From IMG/VR virus record IMGVR_UViG_3300020048_000128, positions 2,465 to 66,464 of that record: a stretch of 64,000 bases of DNA, one strand, 5' to 3'. The notes under the pieces were generated by a model. It ran no database searches. It worked only from the letters and a program-made list of their open reading frames with translations, and had not been told where the DNA came from. This stretch comes from a virus (Duplodnaviria > Caudoviricetes). Below are positions 19,288-28,855 of the stretch, in pieces (position 1 is the first letter of the stretch; every line of letters starts with the position of its first letter). The translations under genes were made by a program, and so were the position numbers.

Positions 19288-20402
19288 TGGCTTCTGGAGA
19301 TCTATCCCCGTTACAACTCACTGCTGGCGCAGGTTTTGTACAAAATCAAGGCATAACACTCAATAGTGCGTTTAGTGCCAACGTAGCTGCATACGAAGCA
19401 GTTCCGTTGATTGCTAGTTTGTTAACTGCAATCAGCCTAGCGCCTGCAGCCAACATCAGCAGCGGTACTATTCAAAGTATGCGAAGCCTTGGTGCTTCTA
19501 ATTGTCCGTCACTGGGGGACAGTATACCTACTGCATTTTCCAATGTTTCACCATGGCCCACAACCGGTAATACTGCATTTTCAACTGGTCTGGTATCAAT
19601 TGGAACTACTCAGTTAGGTAGCGGCGACGTTGGAAAGTTTTCACAGGCGTTTGGTATTACCCAAGGTTATGCAGCTACTGCCAACTTGTATATTCGTAGT
19701 GCCGTGCAAGCCAATGACTATCTTGGCCCCACATTTACTACGCCAACTGCCTTGATCACCGCTGATGTATCCAAGATCAATTTAGCATTTCCACCGTTTG
19801 GTAGCGACTTGACTGATCTCGGCAACGCTATCAGCTTGGCAGAGATTGAACAGTTTGGCGAGCCAGCTGCACTACTGCGACAGTTGGTAAATGTGGGCAA
19901 GGGTGTACTACCATGCGTACAAAGCTACATGACCATGATGGGTCTAAGTACTACCGATGTCAACAACATGGTTGATAACAATAAGCAAAGTTTGTTCAAT
20001 CCCAACGGACTTACTGACACACAATTCAACAAACTTCAAGCGCGAGCATATGCTGCAATGACATATGTCGATGGGACCTGTTTAGATGAAGTGCTAGCAG
20101 TGCTGGACGTTACCACTCCAAACATTGATAACATGGCTGATTTGCTAGACCCCAAGAAGATTTTCCCAACATCATGGCCTAGTTTGGTCATGATGGATCA
20201 GTTAATTTACTTGGACAATGGTGCTGTAAATCCTGCGCTAGCGCTAGTACTCAATGCAACTACTCCTACTGGTTGTGATGAGCTAGGTAAAATAGTCCCA
20301 CCTCAACAGGCCGTGGCCAGCAAAGCTGTGCAATATCAGTTACAACAGATCAACGGCATCACCAACGTGTCGTTGCCAGAACTAGCAGCCATACTACGAT
20401 GA
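19287..20402 (+). CDS. Hypothetical virion/baseplate-associated protein
   Basis: 371-aa ORF coupled to the PAAR gene. Confidence 0.6.
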   Translation: MASGDLSPLQLTAGAGFVQNQGITLNSAFSANVAAYEAVPLIASLLTAISLAPAANISSGTIQSMRSLGASNCPSLGDSIPTAFSNVSPWPTTGNTAFSTGLVSIGTTQLGSGDVGKFSQAFGITQGYAATANLYIRSAVQANDYLGPTFTTPTALITADVSKINLAFPPFGSDLTDLGNAISLAEIEQFGEPAALLRQLVNVGKGVLPCVQSYMTMMGLSTTDVNNMVDNNKQSLFNPNGLTDTQFNKLQARAYAAMTYVDGTCLDEVLAVLDVTTPNIDNMADLLDPKKIFPTSWPSLVMMDQLIYLDNGAVNPALALVLNATTPTGCDELGKIVPPQQAVASKAVQYQLQQINGITNVSLPELAAILR

Positions 20403-21205
20403 CCTTACAAACATTAAAAAATCTGCCCTTGGTCGGTGATGCTACTCAGCCAATTTCTGATAGCGTCAAGAACTTTTATCTTAGTACATTTGCTGGCGGA
20501 AGTGGTCCCGACGGTACGTTTGTAATGACTGATTTCTTGGGTACCGCATCAGGCGCTAACGATCAATTCAGCACAGTGACCACTATCCTTGCGGCAAGAA
20601 CCGCAGACGGTACTTTGACTTATCTTGCGTCAATATACACCGTAATGAAAAACATTGTGAATGGTACGTACGGTGATCCAGTGGCAGGACCTGTAACTAT
20701 TCCTGGCGGCTCTCCTGGAGCAGGAGCATATGCCGATGGCGAAACTGCCATGTTAGTGTTATTATCTCTAGCGTCAACTGAGATTGGTAACGTAGTAGTT
20801 ACCATGGGATCAGACACTACCACAGTAAACAGTGCATTCACTGGCATGGCACAAAAAGCTGTTACTGAAAAAAGCAATCAAAGCAAAGCACAATTAAACT
20901 ACACAACACTTACTGCAAATGACACAATGTCTGCATTGAATCTTGCATCGACTCTGCCTAGCGCCGGCAATGACACTTCTGAAGGCGGTGCTGCCCAAGT
21001 ACTTGAAGGAGTAACTGACATGGCATCCGCCACCGGCCAAGCCCTGATCGGCGCCATGCGTGAAGGCCGTAATCAGACTCAACTGGATGCCACCCGAATC
21101 AATCGTTATGATGTGGTCCCCGACACACCCACAAGCGATCCGCAAGCCACCTTGCTGGACAGCAACTACACAGTGGCCGAAGCCAGAGCTGTGATACAAC
21201 CTTAA
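20399..21205 (+). CDS. Hypothetical virion-associated protein
   Basis: 268-aa ORF, ATGA overlap. Confidence 0.6.
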   Translation: MTLQTLKNLPLVGDATQPISDSVKNFYLSTFAGGSGPDGTFVMTDFLGTASGANDQFSTVTTILAARTADGTLTYLASIYTVMKNIVNGTYGDPVAGPVTIPGGSPGAGAYADGETAMLVLLSLASTEIGNVVVTMGSDTTTVNSAFTGMAQKAVTEKSNQSKAQLNYTTLTANDTMSALNLASTLPSAGNDTSEGGAAQVLEGVTDMASATGQALIGAMREGRNQTQLDATRINRYDVVPDTPTSDPQATLLDSNYTVAEARAVIQP

Positions 21206-21219
21206 AACACAAGTAGTAC

Positions 21220-21248
21220 TTGACCATTAATTTCTTTGATGCTATAAT
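21220..21248 (+). promoter_or_regulatory. sigma70-type early promoter
   Basis: TTGACC-17 bp-TATAAT. Confidence 0.8.
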
Positions 21249-21271
21249 AGTAGCATTATAAAGGAACACAC

Positions 21272-21550
21272 ATGGCCTTACCTAAAACTGTAACAATGAC
21301 CCGCACAGGCGGCAACTTTTGGCGTGCTCAAGCATTCAGTCTGAGCATGAGCTATTTGGTGCTTTTGATCCCGGTCTTGGTTGGCTTGATCCTAGCCGTG
21401 CTCAATCCGTTTTGGTTCCGTGACAGCTTTTTTACCTGGATTGAACGTCAAGTAAACACTGTGACACGCTGGCGCAACCGTGTGGCCTACCGCATCTATT
21501 TGGGCACAGACCCTGAAATCTGGCATGCACTCAAAGATCCACAAAAGTAA
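21272..21550 (+). CDS. Hypothetical membrane protein
   Basis: AAGGA RBS; hydrophobic segment YLVLLIPVLVGLILAVL. Confidence 0.75.
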   Translation: MALPKTVTMTRTGGNFWRAQAFSLSMSYLVLLIPVLVGLILAVLNPFWFRDSFFTWIERQVNTVTRWRNRVAYRIYLGTDPEIWHALKDPQK

Positions 21551-21630
21551 TACTCAAGTATTACAAAAATTCTGGTTGGCCTAAATTGCCCAAACTGCTA
21601 TAATATACACATAGCAAAGCAAAACAGGAG
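21547..21630 (+). repeat. Repeated early promoter/RBS cassette copy 1, with palindrome
   Basis: GTAATACTCAAGTATTAC palindrome; TTGGCC-17-TATAAT; CATAGCAAAGCAAAACAGGAG. Confidence 0.85.
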
Positions 21631-21635
21631 TCAAA

Positions 21636-21923
21636 ATGAACAAGCCAGATCACACAGTTTACATCTACAAAACAGATCGTCGCACCAAATCAGGTGAACG
21701 TCTAGTCAGCACCACAGTTTGGCGCAACCGTGATGCAGCCGAAATGAAGCGCGAAGTTCGTGAACTGCAATACGAACTGTGGCCCGTGAGCAAAGGTTTC
21801 CGCATTGAGTTTCACCCCACAATGAAGACTGTCAAGAACTTGATGACTGGTGCGGATGTGCAAATTGATCGGGATACTCCTTGGTCGTGCAACCCTGCCA
21901 GCGAAACTTACTGGTCCATGTAA
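21636..21923 (+). CDS. Hypothetical early protein
   Basis: Follows the cassette RBS. Confidence 0.8.
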   Translation: MNKPDHTVYIYKTDRRTKSGERLVSTTVWRNRDAAEMKREVRELQYELWPVSKGFRIEFHPTMKTVKNLMTGADVQIDRDTPWSCNPASETYWSM

Positions 21924-22002
21924 TACACAAGTACTACAAAATTCTGCTTGGCCTAAATTCACCAAAATGCTATAATATACGCATAGCAAAGCAAAACAGG
22001 AG
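21920..22002 (+). repeat. Repeated early promoter/RBS cassette copy 2
   Basis: GTAATACACAAGTACTAC; TTGGCC-17-TATAAT; CATAGCAAAGCAAAACAGGAG. Confidence 0.85.
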
Positions 22003-22008
22003 CAAGAA

Positions 22009-22284
22009 ATGGTATCGATCAAAGACGTCAATAGTGCAATCATTGCAGGCAACTTTACAAACGAACAGCTCTCCAGCATTATTGATGCTGTGAAGTTTGC
22101 ACGGAGCCAGTTAACTCAACAAAACAAACGAGCCATGCGCCTGGGCTGTACGGTACGATTTACATCTAGCAAGACTGGTCAGACCCTGTCGGGCACAGTG
22201 GACAAGATTGCTATCAAGTACATCACAGTTCGGACACAAAGTGGTCTGTGGCGTGTTCCAGCTAACATGTTGGAGGTTGCATAA
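22009..22284 (+). CDS. Hypothetical early protein (SH3-like C-terminus)
   Basis: Follows the cassette RBS. Confidence 0.75.
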   Translation: MVSIKDVNSAIIAGNFTNEQLSSIIDAVKFARSQLTQQNKRAMRLGCTVRFTSSKTGQTLSGTVDKIAIKYITVRTQSGLWRVPANMLEVA

Positions 22285-22688
22285 TGGGATTAGACATGTA
22301 CGCATATGTTGGCATCAAAGGCCAGCGTGATGATTACCATGACAAAGGTGATTGGGACGAAACGTCCAAGAACTTTGTTAGTCCCGTTGCCAAGCCCCGC
22401 GAAATCGCTTATTGGCGCAAGCATCCTAATCTACATGGATGGATGCAGAGACTGTGGGAAAGCCAAGGCAACTCGGGTGACTTCAACGGTGACGAACTTG
22501 AGTTAACATGGGCAGATATTGATGCTCTTGAGCAAGCAGTCACACACGGACAACTACCCAAAACGGGTGGATTCTTTTTTGGCAATGACTCTGATGAACA
22601 TTATCAATCACGGGATCTTGCTTTTATCAAAGAAGCTCGTGCAGAGTTGTTCTTGGGTTTAAAAGTATTTTATAATTCCTCATGGTAA
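22284..22688 (+). CDS. Conserved hypothetical phage protein (MGLDMY family)
   Basis: MGLDMY...YWRKHPNLHGW...FYNSSW. Confidence 0.75.
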   Translation: MGLDMYAYVGIKGQRDDYHDKGDWDETSKNFVSPVAKPREIAYWRKHPNLHGWMQRLWESQGNSGDFNGDELELTWADIDALEQAVTHGQLPKTGGFFFGNDSDEHYQSRDLAFIKEARAELFLGLKVFYNSSW

Positions 22689-22698
22689 ACCATTAAAT

Positions 22699-24075
22699 AT
22701 GATTAATGAAATTGACTTCAGTAACGACAAGTTTGGTAATATAATGGCAGCAGGATGGATCAAAGACCTTGCTAGTTCCGACAGCCGACTACACAAAGAA
22801 AAAGTAATTGAAAAAGCCTTGATGGCTGCAAAGTTGGGCAGTAGTGATGCACAGTGTTTCTTGTTCAACTGCTACCAAGCCTACAATCCTTTCTACACAT
22901 TCAATGTCAAGCAAGTGTCAGAAACTTCGGGCTTGACCAATATGCCCAATCCTTGGCCGCGCTTTTGGGCCTTGTTAGAAGACCTTCGCACCCGTGGTAT
23001 CTCCGGGCACCGTGCTAGAGATGCTATCCAAGAATGCGCCGAACAGTTTGACAGTGACGAATGGAACTTGTTGGCTCGCTGTGTGCTGATCAAGGACCTG
23101 CGCTGCGGCATCTCGGAAAAGACCATCAACAAAGTTGTGGGCAAAACAGAGTGGAAAATCCCTGTGTTCACTTGCCAGCTGGCACAAGACAGTTCGGACC
23201 AACAGCAAAAACTCAAGGGCACCAAGCGTCTTGAAGTCAAGCTGGACGGTGTGCGTGTGTTAGCAGTGGTTAACGGACATGCCGTGGCATTGTTCAGTCG
23301 CAACGGCAAAGAGTTTGCTAACTTTCCGCAAGTGGCAGAAGCAGTTGCAGCCAATGTACGAGCATTCCAATATGGTCGAGGCACAGGCGGCCGTTTTGTG
23401 TTAGACGGTGAGATTGTAGGCGAAAGCTTTCAAAAGCTCATGAAGCAAGCACACCGCAAAAGCGATGCCAAGACTGATGGCATGGTGTATCACATTTTTG
23501 ACATCATTCCCCTGGATGCTTTCCAGGATGGCGAGTGGAAAGTCGCACAAGACAAGCGCTTGGAATGGGTAGAACAAGCTCGTACCGCCCTGGATGCAAC
23601 CGATTGTTTGCGTGTGATGCCGGGCATGAATGTGGACTTAGACACTGCAGAAGGACATGATATCATGCGCCGATTTGCCGAAGCGTCAGTCGAGCAAGGC
23701 TACGAAGGCATCATGATCAAGGATTTAGATGCGCCGTATCGTTGCAAGCGCACAGACGCCTGGATGAAATGGAAACCCACTATCACAGTAGACTTGACTA
23801 TTGTGGGGTTTGAAGAAGGAACAGGTCGCAATGCAGGGCGACTTGGTGCTATAATTTACGAAGGAGTTGACAATGATCGAAACATTCGAGTTAATGTTGG
23901 TACTGGCTATAGTGATAGCGATCGCAATGAGTTTTGGGACGCACGGGATCGGTTACTTGGTGTCATCGGTGAAGTCCAAGCTGACGCAGTTACGCAAAAC
24001 CAAGACGGATCATACTCGCTGAGATTCCCCCGTCACAAACGATTCCGTGGATTCGAAGCAGGAGAAAAATTATGA
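22699..24075 (+). CDS. lig: ATP-dependent DNA ligase
   Basis: EVKLDGVR (motif I), LDGE, EGIMIK, WMKWK, OB-fold SLRFP. Confidence 0.95.
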   Translation: MINEIDFSNDKFGNIMAAGWIKDLASSDSRLHKEKVIEKALMAAKLGSSDAQCFLFNCYQAYNPFYTFNVKQVSETSGLTNMPNPWPRFWALLEDLRTRGISGHRARDAIQECAEQFDSDEWNLLARCVLIKDLRCGISEKTINKVVGKTEWKIPVFTCQLAQDSSDQQQKLKGTKRLEVKLDGVRVLAVVNGHAVALFSRNGKEFANFPQVAEAVAANVRAFQYGRGTGGRFVLDGEIVGESFQKLMKQAHRKSDAKTDGMVYHIFDIIPLDAFQDGEWKVAQDKRLEWVEQARTALDATDCLRVMPGMNVDLDTAEGHDIMRRFAEASVEQGYEGIMIKDLDAPYRCKRTDAWMKWKPTITVDLTIVGFEEGTGRNAGRLGAIIYEGVDNDRNIRVNVGTGYSDSDRNEFWDARDRLLGVIGEVQADAVTQNQDGSYSLRFPRHKRFRGFEAGEKL

Positions 24076-24275
24076 GCAAAAGAATTGGACCTATTACCTT
24101 GGACGGCGAAGCCGCTGATCGTATTACTGTGATCACGCTGAAAGAACAGCGCAAGTATCTCAAGAAAGAACTGGCTGAATTTAAAAAAGGTGGATACTTG
24201 CATCCCGAAGATGTTGTAAGCAACACCCGCATGGTGCAGACCCTGGATGAGGTTATTAAATATTTTGGAGGTTAA
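24072..24275 (+). CDS. Hypothetical protein
   Basis: Coupled ORF. Confidence 0.65.
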   Translation: MSKRIGPITLDGEAADRITVITLKEQRKYLKKELAEFKKGGYLHPEDVVSNTRMVQTLDEVIKYFGG

Positions 24276-24704
24276 ATGAAAATTGGACTTAGCTATAGCC
24301 GATGCATTCTTGACATTGTGGAAGGCCGTGTAGATATTGAAGATGTCTTGATTGTAATTGCTCGAACAGATTTTGATCCGCGGGATGATGAACAATGGGC
24401 AGGTATCTGGCAGGGTTACTGCCACGGAGGAGGTATGAGTCGTGCTGAGTGGGGTCATTATGATTTCAACAACAAGGAAGATGAAGACAAGTTCCGCAGT
24501 GTCAGCATAATGTTGTGGGAAGATGGTAAACTTCATCAACCTCGCAAGTTTGGCGCACATCCTAGTCGTCGGCCAGAGTTCTGGCTGGAAACTGTGCTAG
24601 TGGACGAAGATCTCGAAACTCGCCCTGCGGTGAAAGCTGCTTGGGAACAATTTCAAATGGTTGCTGGATTAACTAATATTAAACTAGATCGAGAGTATCG
24701 ATGA
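24276..24704 (+). CDS. Hypothetical protein
   Basis: GGAGG RBS; 142 aa. Confidence 0.75.
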   Translation: MKIGLSYSRCILDIVEGRVDIEDVLIVIARTDFDPRDDEQWAGIWQGYCHGGGMSRAEWGHYDFNNKEDEDKFRSVSIMLWEDGKLHQPRKFGAHPSRRPEFWLETVLVDEDLETRPAVKAAWEQFQMVAGLTNIKLDREYR

Positions 24705-25165
24705 AGAAAATCTACTACGAAAAGGTTGGCCGCAGGTATGTGCCGGTGGCAGAGTACGATAACGACTTCATGGACAGTTTCTCCAAAGGCAATCATCTTG
24801 TGATGAGCTATCCTGGTGGAACTAGTCGTAGGTTCAATATCGATCCCAACTATGCGGCCATGATTGCGGCAGGCCGAGTGGCTGAAGATGCTGTATGCAA
24901 GGCTATAAACAAGGCCAGTGAAATGCGTCCGGCACGTACTCCTATCACTCCTGCACAACAAAGAGCTTGGAAAAAATTGGCCAAGGAGTTTGGTGATGAA
25001 TTGTGTACTTTGCATGGTGCTAGCACTCGAGATATTGCTGAGGCCGCAGTAACGGCCATGCAGGCAGAAGCACTCAAACTCATGCAACATGATGCTGTTC
25101 GTCAAGCCTATGAACAGTTTCAATTGGTATGCGAATTAACAAAAGGAAATGAAAATGTCAAGTAA
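24701..25165 (+). CDS. Hypothetical protein
   Basis: ATGA-coupled; 154 aa. Confidence 0.75.
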   Translation: MKKIYYEKVGRRYVPVAEYDNDFMDSFSKGNHLVMSYPGGTSRRFNIDPNYAAMIAAGRVAEDAVCKAINKASEMRPARTPITPAQQRAWKKLAKEFGDELCTLHGASTRDIAEAAVTAMQAEALKLMQHDAVRQAYEQFQLVCELTKGNENVK

Positions 25166-25367
25166 AAATACAGTGTCTAAACTCAGCGACAAACTGGTCA
25201 AAGTCAACGAAAGCTACACAGTCAACATGTACGACAACGGTTTCATGTTTGAAATTTCTGGTCGTGCCAAGAACGAAGAATACAAGAGTGCCAAAATCAT
25301 GTGCAGTTCCGTTGACCAATTGGTTGCTTTGGTAAAAGAAGCTGCTGAGATGGACCGCGATGACTGA
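25155..25367 (+). CDS. Hypothetical protein
   Basis: AAGGA RBS. Confidence 0.7.
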   Translation: MSSKNTVSKLSDKLVKVNESYTVNMYDNGFMFEISGRAKNEEYKSAKIMCSSVDQLVALVKEAAEMDRDD

Positions 25368-25728
25368 TCTTGAACAGGCACAAGCAGATGGTATTGCACC
25401 TTGGGATCAATACGAACAAGACCTTTGCAACGATCATGTGGCGGTGTTTCGTGATCGATATCCGGTAACATCAGGGCACTTATTGTTTGTGCCCAGGGTC
25501 AACAACGACCAAGGTATTGTAACTGCCATGGGTTTTGCTCTAATGCAAGGGCAATACTTGGTGTTGACCAAACGATGGGACGGGTTCAACGTTGGCCTCA
25601 ACATGGGCACAGCAGCAGGCCAAACTGTGATGTACCCGCATGTGCATTTGATTCCTCGCCGTACAGGAGACATGGAGGACCCACGTGGTGGCGTTCGGCA
25701 TGTGATTCCTGAAAAAGGCAAATACTGA
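25360..25728 (+). CDS. HIT family nucleotide hydrolase
   Basis: YPVTSGHLLFVP, GFNVGLN, AGQTVMYPHVHLIPR (first His of the triad replaced by Tyr). Confidence 0.9.
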   Translation: MTDLEQAQADGIAPWDQYEQDLCNDHVAVFRDRYPVTSGHLLFVPRVNNDQGIVTAMGFALMQGQYLVLTKRWDGFNVGLNMGTAAGQTVMYPHVHLIPRRTGDMEDPRGGVRHVIPEKGKY

Positions 25729-25730
25729 TC

Positions 25731-25760
25731 TTGACTTCTAGGCTCTCAACGTGCTACACT
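25731..25760 (+). promoter_or_regulatory. sigma70-like promoter overlapped by an inverted repeat
   Basis: TTGACT-18-TACACT with TG extension; CTCTCAAC/GTTGAGAG inverted repeat spans it. Confidence 0.55.
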
Positions 25761-25766
25761 AGCATG

Positions 25767-25920
25767 GCATGTTGAGAGTATATCGTGGTTGCGGTGGGTT
25801 AACACCCGTGGCTGTCCGCGTAATAGCCACAAGATGTGACACTGCCCCTGACGCAAGTCAAAACCGACTGGTACCCGGGAGTAAGCCCAGAGGAACTCAG
25901 CAGTGAAAGTACCTATTTTG
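25767..25920 (+). ncRNA. Candidate structured RNA, twister-like topology
   Basis: ORF-free gap with several complementary segments (see findings). Confidence 0.45.
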
Positions 25921-25949
25921 GTATGTTAAAATTTTGATCTCTAACTATT

Positions 25950-26237
25950 ATGTCAAATTCCCTTATCTCACTTAAAGAAACGGCTCCCAACATGCACCTA
26001 CATCGTGTAATAGTTGAATTGGCTACCACAGACGAATGGTACAAGATCATTCGCGAAGCTAATGCATTGTATGGCGCACACAATTGGCGCGGACAACCTA
26101 GGGCAAAACGCCGCCTGGACCTAAATCGCTGGACTCAAAAGCCCACTGCAATCTGGTTTGATGTTCCGGACCCTGCATTTGCTACATGGATATCCGTTAA
26201 GCATAGTGTGATAGCCCGAGTCTTGGTCACTAAATAA
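25950..26237 (+). CDS. Hypothetical protein
   Basis: 95-aa ORF. Confidence 0.7.
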   Translation: MSNSLISLKETAPNMHLHRVIVELATTDEWYKIIREANALYGAHNWRGQPRAKRRLDLNRWTQKPTAIWFDVPDPAFATWISVKHSVIARVLVTK

Positions 26238-26240
26238 TCT

Positions 26241-27650
26241 ATGTTTCTTAGTTATATTACTCTGGCAGTTGCACTGAGCCTGTCAGTTATTGCCGCCTAC
26301 TACTCAATTGCAGGTCTTACTGCTATCTTTGCCGCGGCAGTGATTCCTATTATTGTAATGGGGTCTATTCTAGAACTGGGCAAAGTCGTAGTCACGCTAT
26401 GGCTGCACGAATATTGGCGGCAGTGCCGTTTGCTGATGAAAATGTATCTAGTGCCTGCTGTGGCGGCGCTGATGCTGATTACCAGCATGGGTATCTTTGG
26501 TTTCTTGTCAAAAGCGCACTCAGATCAAAGTTTGATAGGCGGCGATGTGCAAGCTCGGATTGCAGTGTATGATGAAAAAATTAAAACAAGCAAGGACAAT
26601 ATAGATGCGAACCGGAAAGTACTTAAACAGATGGATGAGGCTGTGGATCAAGTCATGGGGCGAAGTACTTCGGAAACGGGCGCCGATAAAGCAGTGTCTA
26701 TTAGACGGAGCCAAAGTAAAGAACGGGCACGTCTTGTTTCAGAAATCGCCACCGAGCAGAAAACAATTGGTAAACTATCTGAAGAACGGGCACCAATCGC
26801 GGCCGAAGTCCGTAAGGTGGAAGCGGAAGTTGGCCCAATAAAATACATAGCTGCCCTGGTATACGGTGAGAATACCGATACCAATGCGCTTGAGGCTGCG
26901 GTACGTTGGGTAATTATATTATTGGTGATTGTTTTTGATCCACTGGCAATCATGATGCTGTTGGCTGCTACTGAAAGTCTAAAGTGGGAAAAACAACGAT
27001 TGTTTGATCTACTAAAGATACCCGAGCCTGTGATAGAACCTAAACCGGTCGTAGTGCTCAAGGCAGCACAATCGTTGCCAGAAAAAAGCATAATGGAACA
27101 ACACCCATATCTGAACCACGGCTTTGCTCACTTCAAGAATCTTGTACCACGTGTATATAAATCTGAACCTCAAGTTGAAGCTATTGTTGAGGTTCCGCAA
27201 GAACACTGCACCGAAGATGAAGAAATGGATGACGAACATCCCAGTGTCAAAGCGGCCACGATACAGTGGAAGCTGGAGAATCCAAGCGAAACGCTAAAGA
27301 ATCAACGAGCTAAACTGTCCCGAGGAGAAATAACCGAACTACCGTGGATGCGTTTGATTCGAGCCGAGTTGCCTCCTGAAACCAATACAGGCTTTGGCAA
27401 CGACTTTCCTGCTTCGCCTGCCAAGGGCGATAGCTTTGTGAGAATAGACAGTTTGCCCAACCGGGTGTTTAAATACAATGGCAGCAAGTGGATTTCTGTT
27501 GACAAAACTCAAACAGATAACTATACTTACAATGAAGCTTACCTAGATCACTTGATTGCCAAGATTGATTCGGGTGAATACGATGTTGACTTGTTGAGCA
27601 GCAACGAGCAAGAACAAATTACACAACGCCTACAAAAGAAAGCAACATGA
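26241..27650 (+). CDS. Membrane protein with coiled coil (DUF4407-like) and C-terminal virion-type domain
   Basis: Three N-terminal TM helices, coiled coil, IVFDPLA TM; C-terminal FPASPAKGDSFVRID..PNRVFKYNG; TAAATA at 26231-26236. Confidence 0.7.
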   Translation: MFLSYITLAVALSLSVIAAYYSIAGLTAIFAAAVIPIIVMGSILELGKVVVTLWLHEYWRQCRLLMKMYLVPAVAALMLITSMGIFGFLSKAHSDQSLIGGDVQARIAVYDEKIKTSKDNIDANRKVLKQMDEAVDQVMGRSTSETGADKAVSIRRSQSKERARLVSEIATEQKTIGKLSEERAPIAAEVRKVEAEVGPIKYIAALVYGENTDTNALEAAVRWVIILLVIVFDPLAIMMLLAATESLKWEKQRLFDLLKIPEPVIEPKPVVVLKAAQSLPEKSIMEQHPYLNHGFAHFKNLVPRVYKSEPQVEAIVEVPQEHCTEDEEMDDEHPSVKAATIQWKLENPSETLKNQRAKLSRGEITELPWMRLIRAELPPETNTGFGNDFPASPAKGDSFVRIDSLPNRVFKYNGSKWISVDKTQTDNYTYNEAYLDHLIAKIDSGEYDVDLLSSNEQEQITQRLQKKAT

Positions 27651-28855
27651 AACATAATGACACCATTGATACTTGCAGTTTTTGTGGCAAACACAAAGAC
27701 TCTGTGGCCAAACTGATTGTGGGCCTCGAAGTTGCTATATGCAATGAATGTGTTGACTTGTGCGGCGGGTTACTCAAAGAAGACCTCCCTATTGTACCTG
27801 CTGTTACTACAGCAACACTAGATCCTGTAATGATTAAAGCACACCTGGACCAGTATGTTATTGGACAAGATTCTGCCAAAAAAGTACTGGCAGTGGCTAT
27901 TGCTAATCACTACAAGCGTATCAACAATCCTGATCCCACAACTGAAATTGAAAAAGTCAACATTCTCATGCTTGGGCCCACAGGCTCGGGCAAGACCTTG
28001 CTAGCACGAAGTGTTGCACGTTACTTGGATGTACCGTTTGTGATTGCAGATGCCACTAGCTTAACTGAAGCAGGCTATGTGGGCGATGACGTGGAAAGCT
28101 TGGTCTCAAGGCTGTATGCTGCTGCTGATTATGATGTAGCTAAAACCCAGCGGGGCATTATCTTCTTGGATGAGGTTGACAAGATCAGTCGTCGAGGCGA
28201 AAGTGCAAGCATTACACGCGATGTGTCTGGTGAAGGTGTGCAACAGGCCTTGCTCAAGCTAGTAGAAGGCACCAAGTGTCGTATTGTTCCACAAGGTGGA
28301 CGCAAACATCCAGGTGGCGAGACTGTGGAGGTTGATACCACCAACATCTTGTTTATTGCAGGCGGTGCGTTTGTGGGCTTGGACAGCTTGGTCAAGAGTC
28401 GTGTTAAGGGCACCCAGATTGGATTTAGTGGTACAGTACGTGGTGTAGACGAAAAACCCAGTTTGGACTTGGTCAATCCTGAAGATATCATCAAGTTTGG
28501 TATGATCCCTGAGTTTGTGGGCCGATTCCCCAGCTGGGTTGCACTGGAAGAATTGTCGCGTGAAGACTTGATTGAGATCTTGATCAACATTAAACACAGC
28601 TACATCAATCAGTATCAGTGGCTGTTCCGTCAGGACAATATCGAACTGGAGTTTACTCGTGCCGCACTAGAAGTTATTGCTGACAACACCATGAAGAACA
28701 AAACAGGTGCTCGTGGCTTGCACAGCGAACTTGAACGTGTGTTGCTGCCACATATGTACCGCGTGGCAGAATATGCACGTAACGGCATTACTCGAGTGGA
28801 GATCGACGAAAGTATGGTGCAAACCCCGGCTGAGTTAAAACAAGTCAACGAGTAA
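27647..28855 (+). CDS. clpX: ATP-dependent Clp protease ATPase ClpX
   Basis: CSFC zinc finger, GPTGSGKT, DEVDK, GRKHP, IGF loop, GARGL. Confidence 0.97.
   Translation: MKHNDTIDTCSFCGKHKDSVAKLIVGLEVAICNECVDLCGGLLKEDLPIVPAVTTATLDPVMIKAHLDQYVIGQDSAKKVLAVAIANHYKRINNPDPTTEIEKVNILMLGPTGSGKTLLARSVARYLDVPFVIADATSLTEAGYVGDDVESLVSRLYAAADYDVAKTQRGIIFLDEVDKISRRGESASITRDVSGEGVQQALLKLVEGTKCRIVPQGGRKHPGGETVEVDTTNILFIAGGAFVGLDSLVKSRVKGTQIGFSGTVRGVDEKPSLDLVNPEDIIKFGMIPEFVGRFPSWVALEELSREDLIEILINIKHSYINQYQWLFRQDNIELEFTRAALEVIADNTMKNKTGARGLHSELERVLLPHMYRVAEYARNGITRVEIDESMVQTPAELKQVNE

Noticed and set aside
25784-25836. HDV-like/theta ribozyme (L3-like UCCGCGU, 7-bp GUGGUUG/UAGCCAC)
   Set aside because: No P3 can form around the loop, and there is no GG after P1 for P1.1.
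25870-25913. Hammerhead ribozyme (GGUAC...CAGAGGA-ACU/AGU-GAAA-GUACC)
   Set aside because: The topology is suggestive, but the core is CAGAGGA rather than CUGANGA, position 16.1 is C rather than U, and stems I/II would be only 2-3 bp. The twister-like pairing explains the same bases better.
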